From contig DAIOGN010000004.1 in assembly GCA_036745245.1 (NCBI GenBank), positions 1-48,471 on the forward strand: a stretch of 48,471 bases of DNA, read 5' to 3'. The number at the start of each line of letters is the position of its first letter. Position 1 is the first letter of the stretch. The stretch comes from Candidatus Zixiibacteriota bacterium. Its GTDB lineage: Bacteria; Zixibacteria; MSB-5A5; JAUVRN01. The notes under the pieces were generated by a model. It was not told the DNA's origin. It saw only the letters and a program-made list of their open reading frames with translations, and did no database searches. Positions 19,137 to 28,657 of this stretch are shown here, piece after piece. A program made the translations under genes and the position numbers.

Positions 19137-20648
19137 TTACTCGCCGCCGCTGGCAGTGTCGGGTGCGGTGGCCGTGTCCTGCACGGTCGTGTCCGGCGGC
19201 GGCGCCGGTTCGTAGCGCGGCTCGACTTCTTCCAGGCGGAAGGATGCGATGGCCACCGAATCCAGCCACGAGCCCGCCAGGGCGCGATACACTCCCACCA
19301 CACTCTTGTAGAGCTCGGCCTTGGTGCGCGAGAAGCTCTGCTCCGCGTCGAGATACGAGCGCTCGGCGTCGAGCACTTCCAGGTAGCTGGTCACGCCCTC
19401 GTCGTAGCGCATTCTGGCCAGCTTCACGTAGGTGGACAGAGCATCCGTACGCTGCGTTTCGGCTTCTACCTGAGCTCCGGTGAGCGCGCGATCCGTGAGA
19501 GCATCCTCCGTGTCGCGGAAGGCGCCGCGTACGGTCTGCACGTATGAATAGAGCGCCTGCTTCTTCAGTCCCTCGGAGGCCTTCACTTCGCCCTTGATTT
19601 CGCCCCAGTGGAAGATGGGCTGGAACACTCCGCCGCTCAGATCCCAGATGATGGAATTGGACTCGAACAGTTCATTGAGATCGCCCGAGGCGAAGCCAAA
19701 CAGACCCGACAGCGAAATCGACGGAAAGTAGAGAGACTTCGCCACGCCCACGCGCGCGTTGGCGGCACGCAGCTGCTCTTCGGCGAAGCGCACGTCGGGG
19801 CGCCGCTCCAGGAGGCTGGAGGGGATTCCCACGGGAATCTCGGGCACGATCAGGCTGTCGAGCACGCGGCCGCGCGGCACCGGGCCCGGATTGCGGCCCA
19901 GGAGGAAGTTGATCGTGTTTTCGAGGAACACGATGTTTTTCTCCAGAAGCGGGATCTGCGCCATGGCGAACCAGTATTCCGATTCGGCCTGGCTGAATTC
20001 CAATTCGGAGAGGTCGCCCTTGTCCTTCCGCTGCTGAAACATCTTGACGGTGTGCCCGCGCAGCTCGGCCGTCTGCCTTGTGATCTCGAGCTGACGATCG
20101 AGCGCCAGCAGATCGATGTAGGACGACGCGAGGAGCGAAATGGTGGAGAGCACCACGCCACGCCGCGCTTCTTCCGTGGCCAACAGGTCGGCCTTGGCGG
20201 CTTCGCTGGCGCGGCGGAACTTGCCCCAGATATCGATTTCCCAGCCGGCGGAGAGATTCACCTGGAAGTAGTCGCGCGTGGGCCGCTCCCCCGAAGGGTC
20301 GCCGGGTGCGCCAAACTGGCCTCGCAGTGCGGTGCCTCCCGCGTCGATCTTGGGAAAGAAATCCGACTTGGCCACGCCATAGCGGCCCATGAGCTCTTCC
20401 ACGCGCGCGGCGGCGATGCGCACGTCGAGGTTTTCCATCACGCCCACGGTCACCAGCTGGGTGAGCACCGTGTCGCCGAACAGATCCCACCAGGTGGTGT
20501 CGGAGAGCGTGGCCGCGCTGTCGGCGTAAAACGTGGTGTCGGGATTGAGCCACGCCGGTGGTGGCTCCACCTCCGGGCGGTGATAGTTGGGTCCCACGGA
20601 GCAGGCGGCCACAATCACGAGCACGAGTGGGGCGAACACCTTCTTCAT
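19137..20648 (-). CDS. RND efflux outer-membrane factor lipoprotein (NodT family)
   Basis: MKKVFAPLVLVIVAACSVGPNYHRPEV lipoprotein start. ATG at 20648 preferred over the track's TTG at 20654. Lies 2 nt after the RND pump stop. Confidence 0.9.
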   Translation of the reverse strand: MKKVFAPLVLVIVAACSVGPNYHRPEVEPPPAWLNPDTTFYADSAATLSDTTWWDLFGDTVLTQLVTVGVMENLDVRIAAARVEELMGRYGVAKSDFFPKIDAGGTALRGQFGAPGDPSGERPTRDYFQVNLSAGWEIDIWGKFRRASEAAKADLLATEEARRGVVLSTISLLASSYIDLLALDRQLEITRQTAELRGHTVKMFQQRKDKGDLSELEFSQAESEYWFAMAQIPLLEKNIVFLENTINFLLGRNPGPVPRGRVLDSLIVPEIPVGIPSSLLERRPDVRFAEEQLRAANARVGVAKSLYFPSISLSGLFGFASGDLNELFESNSIIWDLSGGVFQPIFHWGEIKGEVKASEGLKKQALYSYVQTVRGAFRDTEDALTDRALTGAQVEAETQRTDALSTYVKLARMRYDEGVTSYLEVLDAERSYLDAEQSFSRTKAELYKSVVGVYRALAGSWLDSVAIASFRLEEVEPRYEPAPPPDTTVQDTATAPDTASGGE

Positions 20649-20650
20649 GA

Positions 20651-23600
20651 TCAATGCCCCTTCGGCGCAGCGTGACCCGACGATTCACCGGCATCCTTCG
20701 GCGCCGGCGGCCTGGCCCTGGTCAGGTACGTTTCCACCATGACGTACAGCATGGGGATGAGCAGCACGCCCAGGGCAGTGGCCACCAGGAGCCCTGCGAA
20801 TACCGCCAGGCCCATCACCTTGCGCGATTCCGCTCCGGCGCCGGCGGAGGTCACCAACGGCACCACGCCGAGGATGAACGCGAACGAGGTCATGAGAATC
20901 GGGCGCAGTCTCAGCTTGGCGGACTCGAGCGCCGCGTCCACCGCGCTGGCGCCGGCTTCGCGCTTCATTTTGGCGAATTCCACAATCAGAATGGCGTTTT
21001 TGGCCGACAGGCCGATCAACGTCACGAATCCGATCTGCGCAAACACGTTGTTCACGTAGCTGTCGGAGAAGAAACGCATGACCCACAGCCCCAGCATGGC
21101 GCCGAACAGCACGAACGGAGTGGAGAGCAACACGCTCAAAGGCAGGCTCCAGCTCTCGTACTGGGCGGACAGGATCAGGAACACAAACAGCAAGGCCGCC
21201 GCGAACACCACGGCCGCCGTGCCTGCGGCCTTGATCTCCTGGTACGACATGTTGGCCCAGTCATACGACCAGCCGGGCGGCAAGGTCGTGCTCGCTACCG
21301 CCTGCAGGGCTGCAAGCGCCTGCGTTGACGTGTACCCGGCGGCGGGCACCCCCGTGATCTCAGCCGATCGATACAGGTTGAAGCGGTTGGTGAACTCCGG
21401 TCCGGTGATAGGCCGCATGGTGACCAGCGCAGACAGGGGCACCATCGCGCCCGTGTTGCTGCGCACGAAGAACTGGCCCAGGTCCCAGATGTCATTGCGG
21501 TACTCCGCCTCGGCGGAGACGTACACTTTGTACACGCGGCCGAAGCGGTTGAAGTCGTTGATGTAGTTGGCTCCGAGCAACGTGCCGAGCGTGGTGTTCA
21601 CGTCGGCCAGGGAGGCGCCGGTCTTCAGCACCTTGTCGCGGTCTATGTCGGCGAACAACTGCGGCACCCCTGAGCGGTAGAACGACGCGATGCGACCGAT
21701 CTCGGGCCGTTTGCGGGCTTCGGCGATGAAGTTCTCGGTCTGCTCCTGGAGCTGCTGGGGCGTACCGCCGGACTGGTCCTGGATGAACATCGTAAAGCCA
21801 GCGCCTGTGCCCAGACCCTGAATGGCGGGCGGACCGAAGGCGTACACGATGGCCTCCGGGACGTCCTGCGCGAAACGCTTGTTCAACGTCTCGACCAACT
21901 CAAACGAGCGATCCTCGATGTTGGGTCGATCATGCCAGGGCTTCAGCGAAACAAAGAACGTGCAGAAGTTGGAGGCTACCGTGTTGGTCATGATGTTCAA
22001 ACCCACCACGGTGGTGTAATACGCGATCGCCTCCTCTCCGCTCAGGATGGCCTCCACCTGGCGCGAAACTGCGTCGGCTCGCTGCATCCCGCTGGCGTCG
22101 GGAAGCTGCACGCTGATCAGGAAGTAACCGTTGTCCTCCTCCGGCACGAACCCGCCCGGCACGATGCGGAACAGGCACACGATCCCCACCATGAGCACGG
22201 CGATGAAAATGAGGCTGCGTGCCATTTTGCGGATCAGGATGCCGGTGAACCCCACGTACCCGCCCGTGAAGCGGTCGAAATGGCGGTTGAACCATTTGTA
22301 GAAGGGATCCAGAAATGACTTCGACTGCCCCTTGGGCTTGAGCAGCATGGCCGCCAGGGCCGGGCTCAGCGTGAGGGCGTTGAACGCCGAGAAGAGCACC
22401 GAGATGGCGATGGTGATCGCGAACTGCTGGTAGAGTCGCCCCGTGATGCCGCTGATGAACGCCACAGGAACAAACACAGCCGCCAGGATGAGTGCGATGG
22501 CGATCACCGGCCCCGACACTTCCTTCATGGCCTGGAGCGTGGCTTCCTTGGGGTTCATGCCGTGTTCGATGTTGTGCATCACCGCTTCCACCACCACGAT
22601 GGCATCGTCCACCACGATCCCGATGGCGAGCACCATGCCCAAGAGCGACAGCGTGTTCACCGAAAAACCCAGAAGCGGAAACACGATGAACGTGGCCACG
22701 AGCGACACGGGCACGGTGAGCAGCGGAATGAGGGTGGCGCGCCAGTCCTGCAGGAAGATGAACACGACCAGGATCACCAGGAGCACGGCCTCGAAGAGCG
22801 TGTGAATGATCTCGGTGATGCCTTCCTCAATGGCGAGAGTGGTGTCGAGCGAGATCTCCTGCACGACATCGGGAGGAAAGCGCTCCGACAGGCGATGCAT
22901 CGTCTCCTTGATGCTTTCGGCCACCTCGAGGGCGTTGGACCCGGGAAGCTGATAGACCGCGATCACGGCGGCGGGACGGCCGTTGCTGCGGCCCACCTGG
23001 TTGTACAGGAGCGTGCCCAGCTCCGTACGGGCCACGTCGCGCATGCGCACCTGCGATCCGTCGGGATTGGTGCGGATGACGATGCGGCCGAACTCCTCAT
23101 CGTTCATGAGGCGTCCGGAGGTGCGCACCGTATAGGTGAACTCCGTCCCGGGAGGCGCCGGCGGACCGCCCACCTGCCCGGCCGGGGAGATCACGTTCTG
23201 ATCCTGCACCGCCTTGATGATGTCGGGCACCGTGAGGCCGAGGCCGGCCAGCCGATCGGGCTTGAGCCACAACCGCATGGCGTAGTCCGAACCGCCGAAC
23301 AGCTTGACGTCGCCCACGCCCTTGGTGCGTGAGAGCAGGTCGTTGATGTTGATGGCGGCGTAGTTGGAGAGGAAGTTGTTGTCGTAGGTGCCATCGGGTG
23401 AGGTGAGCGTTACCAGAAGCAGTGGGAACACCAGCGACTTCTTCACCGTCACGCCGTAATTCTTCACGGGCGTCGGGAGCGAAGCCTGCGCCTGCGACAC
23501 GCGGTTCTGCGTGAGCACGTTCGACATGTCCAGATTGGACCCCACGTCGAACGACACCTGAAGCGTCAGCGTGCCGTCGTTGGCGTTGATCGACTTCATG

Positions 23601-23830
23601 TAGATCATGTTTTCAACGCCGTTGACCTGCTGCTCCAGCGGCGTGGCCACCGACTGCTCCACGTCCACGGACGAAGCGCCCACGAAGGTGGTGGTCACGT
23701 TGATCATGGGAGGCACGATGTCGGGGAACTGCGCGATCGGCAGTCCCTTCATCACAATGAGGCCGACCAGCACCATGACGATGGAGATCACCATCGCCAC
23801 GATGGGCCGGTTGACGAAAAACTTCGCCAT
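20651..23830 (-). CDS. RND multidrug efflux permease (AcrB/HAE1 family)
   Basis: 1059 aa. MAKFFVNRPIVAMVISIVMVL.. N-terminus and 12-TM AcrB architecture. Confidence 0.95.
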   Translation of the reverse strand: MAKFFVNRPIVAMVISIVMVLVGLIVMKGLPIAQFPDIVPPMINVTTTFVGASSVDVEQSVATPLEQQVNGVENMIYMKSINANDGTLTLQVSFDVGSNLDMSNVLTQNRVSQAQASLPTPVKNYGVTVKKSLVFPLLLVTLTSPDGTYDNNFLSNYAAININDLLSRTKGVGDVKLFGGSDYAMRLWLKPDRLAGLGLTVPDIIKAVQDQNVISPAGQVGGPPAPPGTEFTYTVRTSGRLMNDEEFGRIVIRTNPDGSQVRMRDVARTELGTLLYNQVGRSNGRPAAVIAVYQLPGSNALEVAESIKETMHRLSERFPPDVVQEISLDTTLAIEEGITEIIHTLFEAVLLVILVVFIFLQDWRATLIPLLTVPVSLVATFIVFPLLGFSVNTLSLLGMVLAIGIVVDDAIVVVEAVMHNIEHGMNPKEATLQAMKEVSGPVIAIALILAAVFVPVAFISGITGRLYQQFAITIAISVLFSAFNALTLSPALAAMLLKPKGQSKSFLDPFYKWFNRHFDRFTGGYVGFTGILIRKMARSLIFIAVLMVGIVCLFRIVPGGFVPEEDNGYFLISVQLPDASGMQRADAVSRQVEAILSGEEAIAYYTTVVGLNIMTNTVASNFCTFFVSLKPWHDRPNIEDRSFELVETLNKRFAQDVPEAIVYAFGPPAIQGLGTGAGFTMFIQDQSGGTPQQLQEQTENFIAEARKRPEIGRIASFYRSGVPQLFADIDRDKVLKTGASLADVNTTLGTLLGANYINDFNRFGRVYKVYVSAEAEYRNDIWDLGQFFVRSNTGAMVPLSALVTMRPITGPEFTNRFNLYRSAEITGVPAAGYTSTQALAALQAVASTTLPPGWSYDWANMSYQEIKAAGTAAVVFAAALLFVFLILSAQYESWSLPLSVLLSTPFVLFGAMLGLWVMRFFSDSYVNNVFAQIGFVTLIGLSAKNAILIVEFAKMKREAGASAVDAALESAKLRLRPILMTSFAFILGVVPLVTSAGAGAESRKVMGLAVFAGLLVATALGVLLIPMLYVMVETYLTRARPPAPKDAGESSGHAAPKGH

Positions 23831-23833
23831 GCC

Positions 23834-25042
23834 TTACGTACCCTGGCCCGCGGTGTCGGATGGCGTCGCGGACTTCGTCGTATCGGGAGGCATTACGGAC
23901 TCGGTGGGGTAGGGCACCACGGTCGGCGCGACCAGCATTCCGGGTCGCACGCGCTGAAAGCCTTCCACGATCACCTTCTCGCCTGGCGAGACGCCCTTCT
24001 CCACCACCTGCACCTGGCCGGACTTGGGGCCGGTGACCAGTCCGCGGAACTGCGCCTTGTTCTCGGCGTCCACAGTGTACAGCACAAATTGTCCCTGGAT
24101 TTCGGAGATGGCGCGCTGAGGCACCACCACGGCGCTCTTGCGCCGGTCGAAGATGGCGCGCACGCGGGCGAATTGTCCCGGTCGCAAAACTCCTCCGGCA
24201 TTGGGGAAGGACGCTTCAATGAGCAGGGTGCCCGTGGCCGGGTCGATGCGGCGATCCGCGTACAACGCGAAACCCTTGTGCGGATACGTCGATCCGTCGG
24301 CGAGAATCAACTCCAGCTCGGCCTTGGTGGGGGCGATGCTGTCGTTGCCAGGTTCCGAAAGCCTTCGCGCCAGTTCGAGGTACTCATTCTCGGTGAGCGA
24401 AAAGCGCACGCGCACCGAATCCACGTTGGAGATGGTGTTGAGAATCACCGGATTGGGCGGCTGGCCCACAAAGTCGCCCGCGCGCGCGGCCGAAAGGCCG
24501 ATGGTGCCCGTGATGGGTGCGTGGATCGTGGCATAACTGAGGTCGGTCTGGGCGATCTTGAGCGCCGCGCTGTCGGCCACCACCTGGTCGCGGCGCGCGT
24601 TCCGCTCGGCCACCGCAATCTCCAGTTCGCGCTGACTCACGGCGCCGGCGGCCGCAAGCGGTTCGTACCGGTTGACATCCGCCTGCGAGCGTATCATGAG
24701 CGTGGTGGATTGGGCCACTTTGGCCTTTGCCTGCGCCACCTGCTGCTGGAGTTCTGTAGGGTCGATCGTGTAGAGCAGAGCGCCCTTTTCAATCTTGGCG
24801 CCTTCCTGGAAGTGAAGGCCTTCCACCCATCCCGCCACGCGGGCGCGGATTTCAATGTCCTGGGAGCCGAACATCTGACCCACCCACTCTTTATAGACAG
24901 GCACGTCCTGCAGGACGACCTCCACTACTTTCACGTCCAGCGGAGCGACGGGGGCCTGCTCCTCCGCGCACGCGGCCAACGTGGCGACGAGTGACACGGA
25001 CCAAACTGCACGCAGTCCCGCCTGCAGGACTTGCCTGTTCAT
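23834..25042 (-). CDS. RND efflux periplasmic adaptor (MFP) lipoprotein
   Basis: ATG at 25042 chosen (MNRQVLQ..LVATLAACAEE lipobox). Coiled-coil plus barrel-sandwich hybrid pattern. Stop lies 3 nt before the pump start. Confidence 0.85.
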   Translation of the reverse strand: MNRQVLQAGLRAVWSVSLVATLAACAEEQAPVAPLDVKVVEVVLQDVPVYKEWVGQMFGSQDIEIRARVAGWVEGLHFQEGAKIEKGALLYTIDPTELQQQVAQAKAKVAQSTTLMIRSQADVNRYEPLAAAGAVSQRELEIAVAERNARRDQVVADSAALKIAQTDLSYATIHAPITGTIGLSAARAGDFVGQPPNPVILNTISNVDSVRVRFSLTENEYLELARRLSEPGNDSIAPTKAELELILADGSTYPHKGFALYADRRIDPATGTLLIEASFPNAGGVLRPGQFARVRAIFDRRKSAVVVPQRAISEIQGQFVLYTVDAENKAQFRGLVTGPKSGQVQVVEKGVSPGEKVIVEGFQRVRPGMLVAPTVVPYPTESVMPPDTTKSATPSDTAGQGT

Positions 25043-25350
25043 ACACACTCTCCCTGCCTCTGATTCAGTGTCGCCGGCACAAGCCGTTGCGAAGCGCCGT
25101 TCCCGGGCGCGATTGGGAAATGCAAATCGCTGTCGTTCATATCTCACTTAGGGATGCTGTCTGCATGTGGATCGAACCTGAGGACGTACTCATTCCCACA
25201 CCCACCACTCGCCGCTCCATCCAAGGGCCGTACAGAACTCCGCCGGCTGCCACCAAAATAGCCGAAAGCCTTACAGGCCGAAAGTGTGGATTTGAACCAC
25301 GATTGCAGCTTGCCGCGTATGCCAGCGAGTGTGCAGCTTGAGTTTGGAGC

Positions 25351-26340
25351 ATGGGTATGAAAGCCATCGCGCATAGCCACTACGGCCCTCCCAGCGTGCT
25401 TCGAGTCGAAGAGAGGGATTCCCCTTCCATCGGCAGCGGTGATGTGCTGGTGAGAGTGAAGGCCGTGTCCCTGAATCCTCTCGACTGGCACTTCCTTCGG
25501 GGCGAACCGTTCCCCATTCGGCTTGCATTGGGATTGAGAAAGCCGGGTGCCCAACGCCTCGGTGTAGATTTTGCGGGGACGGTGGAGAAGGTCGGAGCAG
25601 GTGTAACACAATTCAAGCCGGGCGATTCTGTGTACGGAGGGAGACCTGGCGCTCTCGCCGAATACCTGAGCGTTCCCGAACGCATTGTGTTGTCCATGCC
25701 CGCCAATCTCACATTTCAGCAGGCGGCCGCCGTTCCGGTGGCAGCCCTCACGGCGCTGCAAGGATTGCGCGACAAGGGGAGACTGCAAGCCGGGCAGAGC
25801 GTGCTGGTGAACGGCGCTTCAGGAGGGGTGGGAACGTTCGCGATTCCCATAGCCAAACACCTCGGCGCCGAAGTCACCGGAGTGTGCAGCGGCAGGAATG
25901 TGGAGCTGGTCCGCTCCCTCGGCGCGGATTTTGTCGTGGACTACAGCCGTGAGGACTTCACCGTCGGCGGAGGGCGCTACGACGTGTTGCTGGATTGCGT
26001 GGGGAATCGCTCGTTGACCGATTGCAGGCGGGTGCTCAAGCCCACGGGCACGTACGTCATGGTGGGAGGTCCGGGCGGGCGCTGGCTCGGCCCATTGGCT
26101 CGATCCATTCGCATCGTCCTGTGGTCGCCGTTCGTACGTCAGCGGCTGGTCACGTTCATCACCAGCGCACGCAGGGACGACTTACAGTTCATCACAGGGC
26201 TGATCGAGGCCGGAAAGGTCGCGCCCGTGATCGATCGCTGTTACCCGCTGGAGGACGTATCGGATGCGTTCGCGTATCTTGAGGAAGGACATGCCCGGGG
26301 CAAGGTGGTGATCCGCCTCGATCCCGATTCGAGTTCCTGA
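25351..26340 (+). CDS. NAD(P)-dependent medium-chain dehydrogenase/reductase (quinone oxidoreductase-like)
   Basis: 329 aa. VLVRVKAVSLNPLDW.., GQSVLVNGASGGVGTFAI, ..GHARGKVVI. The second ATG at 25357 has better GGAG spacing. Confidence 0.85.
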   Translation: MGMKAIAHSHYGPPSVLRVEERDSPSIGSGDVLVRVKAVSLNPLDWHFLRGEPFPIRLALGLRKPGAQRLGVDFAGTVEKVGAGVTQFKPGDSVYGGRPGALAEYLSVPERIVLSMPANLTFQQAAAVPVAALTALQGLRDKGRLQAGQSVLVNGASGGVGTFAIPIAKHLGAEVTGVCSGRNVELVRSLGADFVVDYSREDFTVGGGRYDVLLDCVGNRSLTDCRRVLKPTGTYVMVGGPGGRWLGPLARSIRIVLWSPFVRQRLVTFITSARRDDLQFITGLIEAGKVAPVIDRCYPLEDVSDAFAYLEEGHARGKVVIRLDPDSSS

Positions 26341-26397
26341 CCCTTCGCGCGAAGAGCGAGAAGACGACGGACGCCTGCAGCCTCGCCCTCACGTGAA

Positions 26398-26458
26398 GAG
26401 CTAAGTCTCTTTTCAATCCTTTGGCCGATTGTACCCGCGGCCCGTCAGGTCGAAGTTG
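26398..26458 (+). promoter_or_regulatory. conserved 61-nt element, copy A (degenerate palindrome; TTGTAC-N17-GAAGTT)
   Basis: Hand-aligned to copies B and C (26/37 identical to C in the 5-prime block, identical 17-nt spacer length). Lies about 147 nt upstream of ATG 26605. Confidence 0.55.
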
Positions 26459-26604
26459 CAGGCATGAAGAAAGAGCATATCGCCTTCTGACTGACTTGAC
26501 CCTGCAAGAGAGGAGCTTGCACTCGGTCGAGTTGTAGAGAACCCAAGAAATCAACCCATGAACCCAATGAGATGCAAATCTCTCTACCAAAGGAAATAGA
26601 AATC

Positions 26605-27675
26605 ATGAGATGTATCAATCCGTTCACGAGGTTACCAGGTGCGGCCGCAGTGGCCGTGCTTTGTTGCACGGCGTTCGTCGCCGGATGTGGAAGCGACGAG
26701 AACGTGGCTGGCCCGAATCCCACTCCCGATACGACGGCCCCCACCGTGTTATCCACCAACCCCATCAATGGCTCCACCGGCGTTGCGGTCATCAACGTGA
26801 CCTTCAGTGAGCCCATGGCGTCCGCCTCCGTTTCGGACGTGTCGTTTACCCTGACGGGCCCCGGGCTGACGCCCGTGGCGGGCGTGGTGACCTACGATGC
26901 CCCCAACAACCGGGCGTCGTTTGTGCCCTCCAGCGCCCTGACGGCGGCCACCTCGTACAAGGCCACCATCATGACCGCTGTCAAAGACCGAGCGGGCAAC
27001 GCTCTGGCCAACAACTATGTGTGGGATTTTGTGACCAATTTAGCTTCGACGATACAACCGCCGGAAGTGCTGGCATCCAGTGGCGGGTTCGCGGTCCTGG
27101 CCGGCGCCTCCATCACCAGCACGGGCATGACGCGGATCACCGGAGGAGTGGGGCTGAGCCCGGGCACATCCCTGACCGGCTTTCCGCCCGGCATCATCGT
27201 CGGCACGAAACACGTGGCCGATCCGGCAGCAGCTCAGGCCAAACTTGATCTGACCACAGCCTACAACGGCTCCGCGGGGAGGACTCTGAGTCCCGTGTCC
27301 GTGGCAGGCAACATCGGCGGGATGACGCTCCCGCCCGGACTTTACAAGTCCACCTCATCGCTCGAGATTTCGTCCGGAGATCTCACTCTCGACGGCATGG
27401 GGAACGCCAATGCGGTGTGGGTATTCCAGATCGCTTCGACCCTCACCACGACCTCCGGCCGCAAGGTGATTCTTGCCGGCGGTGCGAAGGCCAGCAACAT
27501 CTTCTGGCAGGTGGGTACATCGGCCACTCTGGGAACGACGTCTGTTTTCAAGGGGACCATCATGGCGGATCAGTCTATCACCATGAATACCGGTGCGACG
27601 CTGGAAGGACGCGTCCTTGCACGGACTGCATCGGTCACATTGAACGGCAACACCATCGTCGTTCCGGCCATCTAA
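26605..27675 (+). CDS. lipoprotein with Ig-like (SbsA/Big_5-like) domain and DUF3494 ice-binding-like domain
   Basis: Start MRCINPF..FVAGCGSDE (lipobox). DTTAPTVLSTNPINGSTGV.. Ig-like module. Then ..FAVLAGASITSTG.., NIFWQVGTSATLGT.., FKGTIMADQSITMNTGATLEGRVLA, typical of the DUF3494 beta-helix. Confidence 0.8.
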   Translation: MRCINPFTRLPGAAAVAVLCCTAFVAGCGSDENVAGPNPTPDTTAPTVLSTNPINGSTGVAVINVTFSEPMASASVSDVSFTLTGPGLTPVAGVVTYDAPNNRASFVPSSALTAATSYKATIMTAVKDRAGNALANNYVWDFVTNLASTIQPPEVLASSGGFAVLAGASITSTGMTRITGGVGLSPGTSLTGFPPGIIVGTKHVADPAAAQAKLDLTTAYNGSAGRTLSPVSVAGNIGGMTLPPGLYKSTSSLEISSGDLTLDGMGNANAVWVFQIASTLTTTSGRKVILAGGAKASNIFWQVGTSATLGTTSVFKGTIMADQSITMNTGATLEGRVLARTASVTLNGNTIVVPAI

Positions 27676-27738
27676 ACTAAAGGGGAAAGATCGGATCGAT
27701 CGCGGGACCGACACGATCCGATCGAGGTTGGACGCAAG

Positions 27739-27770
27739 GCGCCCGAGAGCTTCTCGGGCGCTTTGCTTTT
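27739..27770 (+). terminator. Rho-independent terminator
   Basis: GCGCCCGAGA / TCTCGGGCGC 10-bp stem with a 3-nt loop, followed by TTTGCTTTT. Confidence 0.75.
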
Positions 27771-27837
27771 ATGGAACAGCGAGACGTCGTGTGCACACCC
27801 TGCGAAGCCAGCGCCAGCACCAGCACACGCCAGACAG

Positions 27838-27898
27838 GGGCTAGTTCTCCTTTCAATCCTTCGACGGATTGACGCGAGCGTCGCTTCGATCGAACTTC
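27838..27898 (+). promoter_or_regulatory. conserved 61-nt element, copy B (TCAATCC-N6-GGATTGA palindrome; TTGACG-N17-GAACTT)
   Basis: 34/37 identical to copy C in the 5-prime block, same 17-nt spacer. Lies about 127 nt upstream of ATG 28025. Confidence 0.6.
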
Positions 27899-28024
27899 AT
27901 ACCGTAGGTGGAGGACTCTCCCTCGGAAGCCCGAGGAGCTTCAGGGCGATCTTCCACTTTTCTCGGGAGCATTCATGGTGAGCGCTTCAGACAACATCGA
28001 CGAATCTCAGAAAAGGGAGTTCAC

Positions 28025-28657
28025 ATGTTAAAGTTAGTAGGCAGTTTGTTCCTGTCCATCGCCGGCGCGATCTGCATTGCGTCCTGTGATACGGGAAGCA
28101 CCACTGAAATAGATGCGACCGTCAGTAACGCCACCGTAAGCAGGCATGTTACCATGGCGGCCAATACGCCCATCGACATCACGCTGGTCGACTCGATCGA
28201 CACCGATGTTCAAGTCACCGGCGATCGTTTTCGTGCCCGGTTGAACCGGCCCATCGTCGTGGACGGCTACACCGTGTTCGTGGACGGCGCAGGCGCCCGA
28301 GGGGTACTGAACAAGGTCGTGGAGTCGGGTCACCTCAAGACCCCGGCGGAATTGAACTTCACGCTGACCGAAATCCAGATCGAAGGCGGCCGTTGGGTCT
28401 CCGTGGGGACCAACACCATACTGGAGAAGAAGGCCTCGCATACGAACCGCGAGGTGGCCATGATCGGCGGCGGTGCGATCGTCGGTGGCATCATCGGCAA
28501 GGTCATTGACAAGCAGGGGAGCACCGAGATCGGTGCAGTCACCGGCGCAGCCGTGGGCTTGGGCCTGGCCGCCGCGACGGGCAAACAGGACATCTTCCAT
28601 GGAGTGGGTACGCAGATCACGTTCTTTTCGAGTCAGTCGACGCGAGTCTCCTTGTGA
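28025..28657 (+). CDS. lipoprotein with C-terminal glycine-zipper segment (paralogue of 36174-36815)
   Basis: AAGGGAG RBS. MLKLVGSLFLSIAGAICIASC lipobox. GGGAIVGGIIGKV..GAVTGAAVGLGLAAATG Gly-zipper. Confidence 0.75.
   Translation: MLKLVGSLFLSIAGAICIASCDTGSTTEIDATVSNATVSRHVTMAANTPIDITLVDSIDTDVQVTGDRFRARLNRPIVVDGYTVFVDGAGARGVLNKVVESGHLKTPAELNFTLTEIQIEGGRWVSVGTNTILEKKASHTNREVAMIGGGAIVGGIIGKVIDKQGSTEIGAVTGAAVGLGLAAATGKQDIFHGVGTQITFFSSQSTRVSL

Noticed and set aside
19608-20675. 355-aa and 340-aa ORFs overlapping the outer-membrane-factor gene. Similar antisense or off-frame ORFs occur elsewhere, e.g. 3269-4444, 8241-9008, 13512-14756, 16537-17349, 24089-24994, 36048-36755 and 44358-45557.
   Set aside because: These are shadow ORFs of clearly recognisable genes on the other strand or frame. 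Their compositions are Arg/Pro/His-rich and no family motifs are visible.
25169-25178. GGATCGAACC, reminiscent of a tRNA T-arm/T-loop, in the RND/dehydrogenase intergenic region
   Set aside because: Flanking bases cannot form the T-stem, acceptor stem or anticodon arm on either strand. It is not a tRNA, and too short to call a tRNA remnant or att site.
27763-27981. 72-aa ORF covering element copy B. The peptides LVLLSILRRID and LSLFSILWPIV can also be read across all three copies.
   Set aside because: Conservation is at the nucleotide level in two blocks, with a length-conserved but sequence-unrelated spacer. There is no RBS or consistent start/stop. This does not behave like coding sequence.
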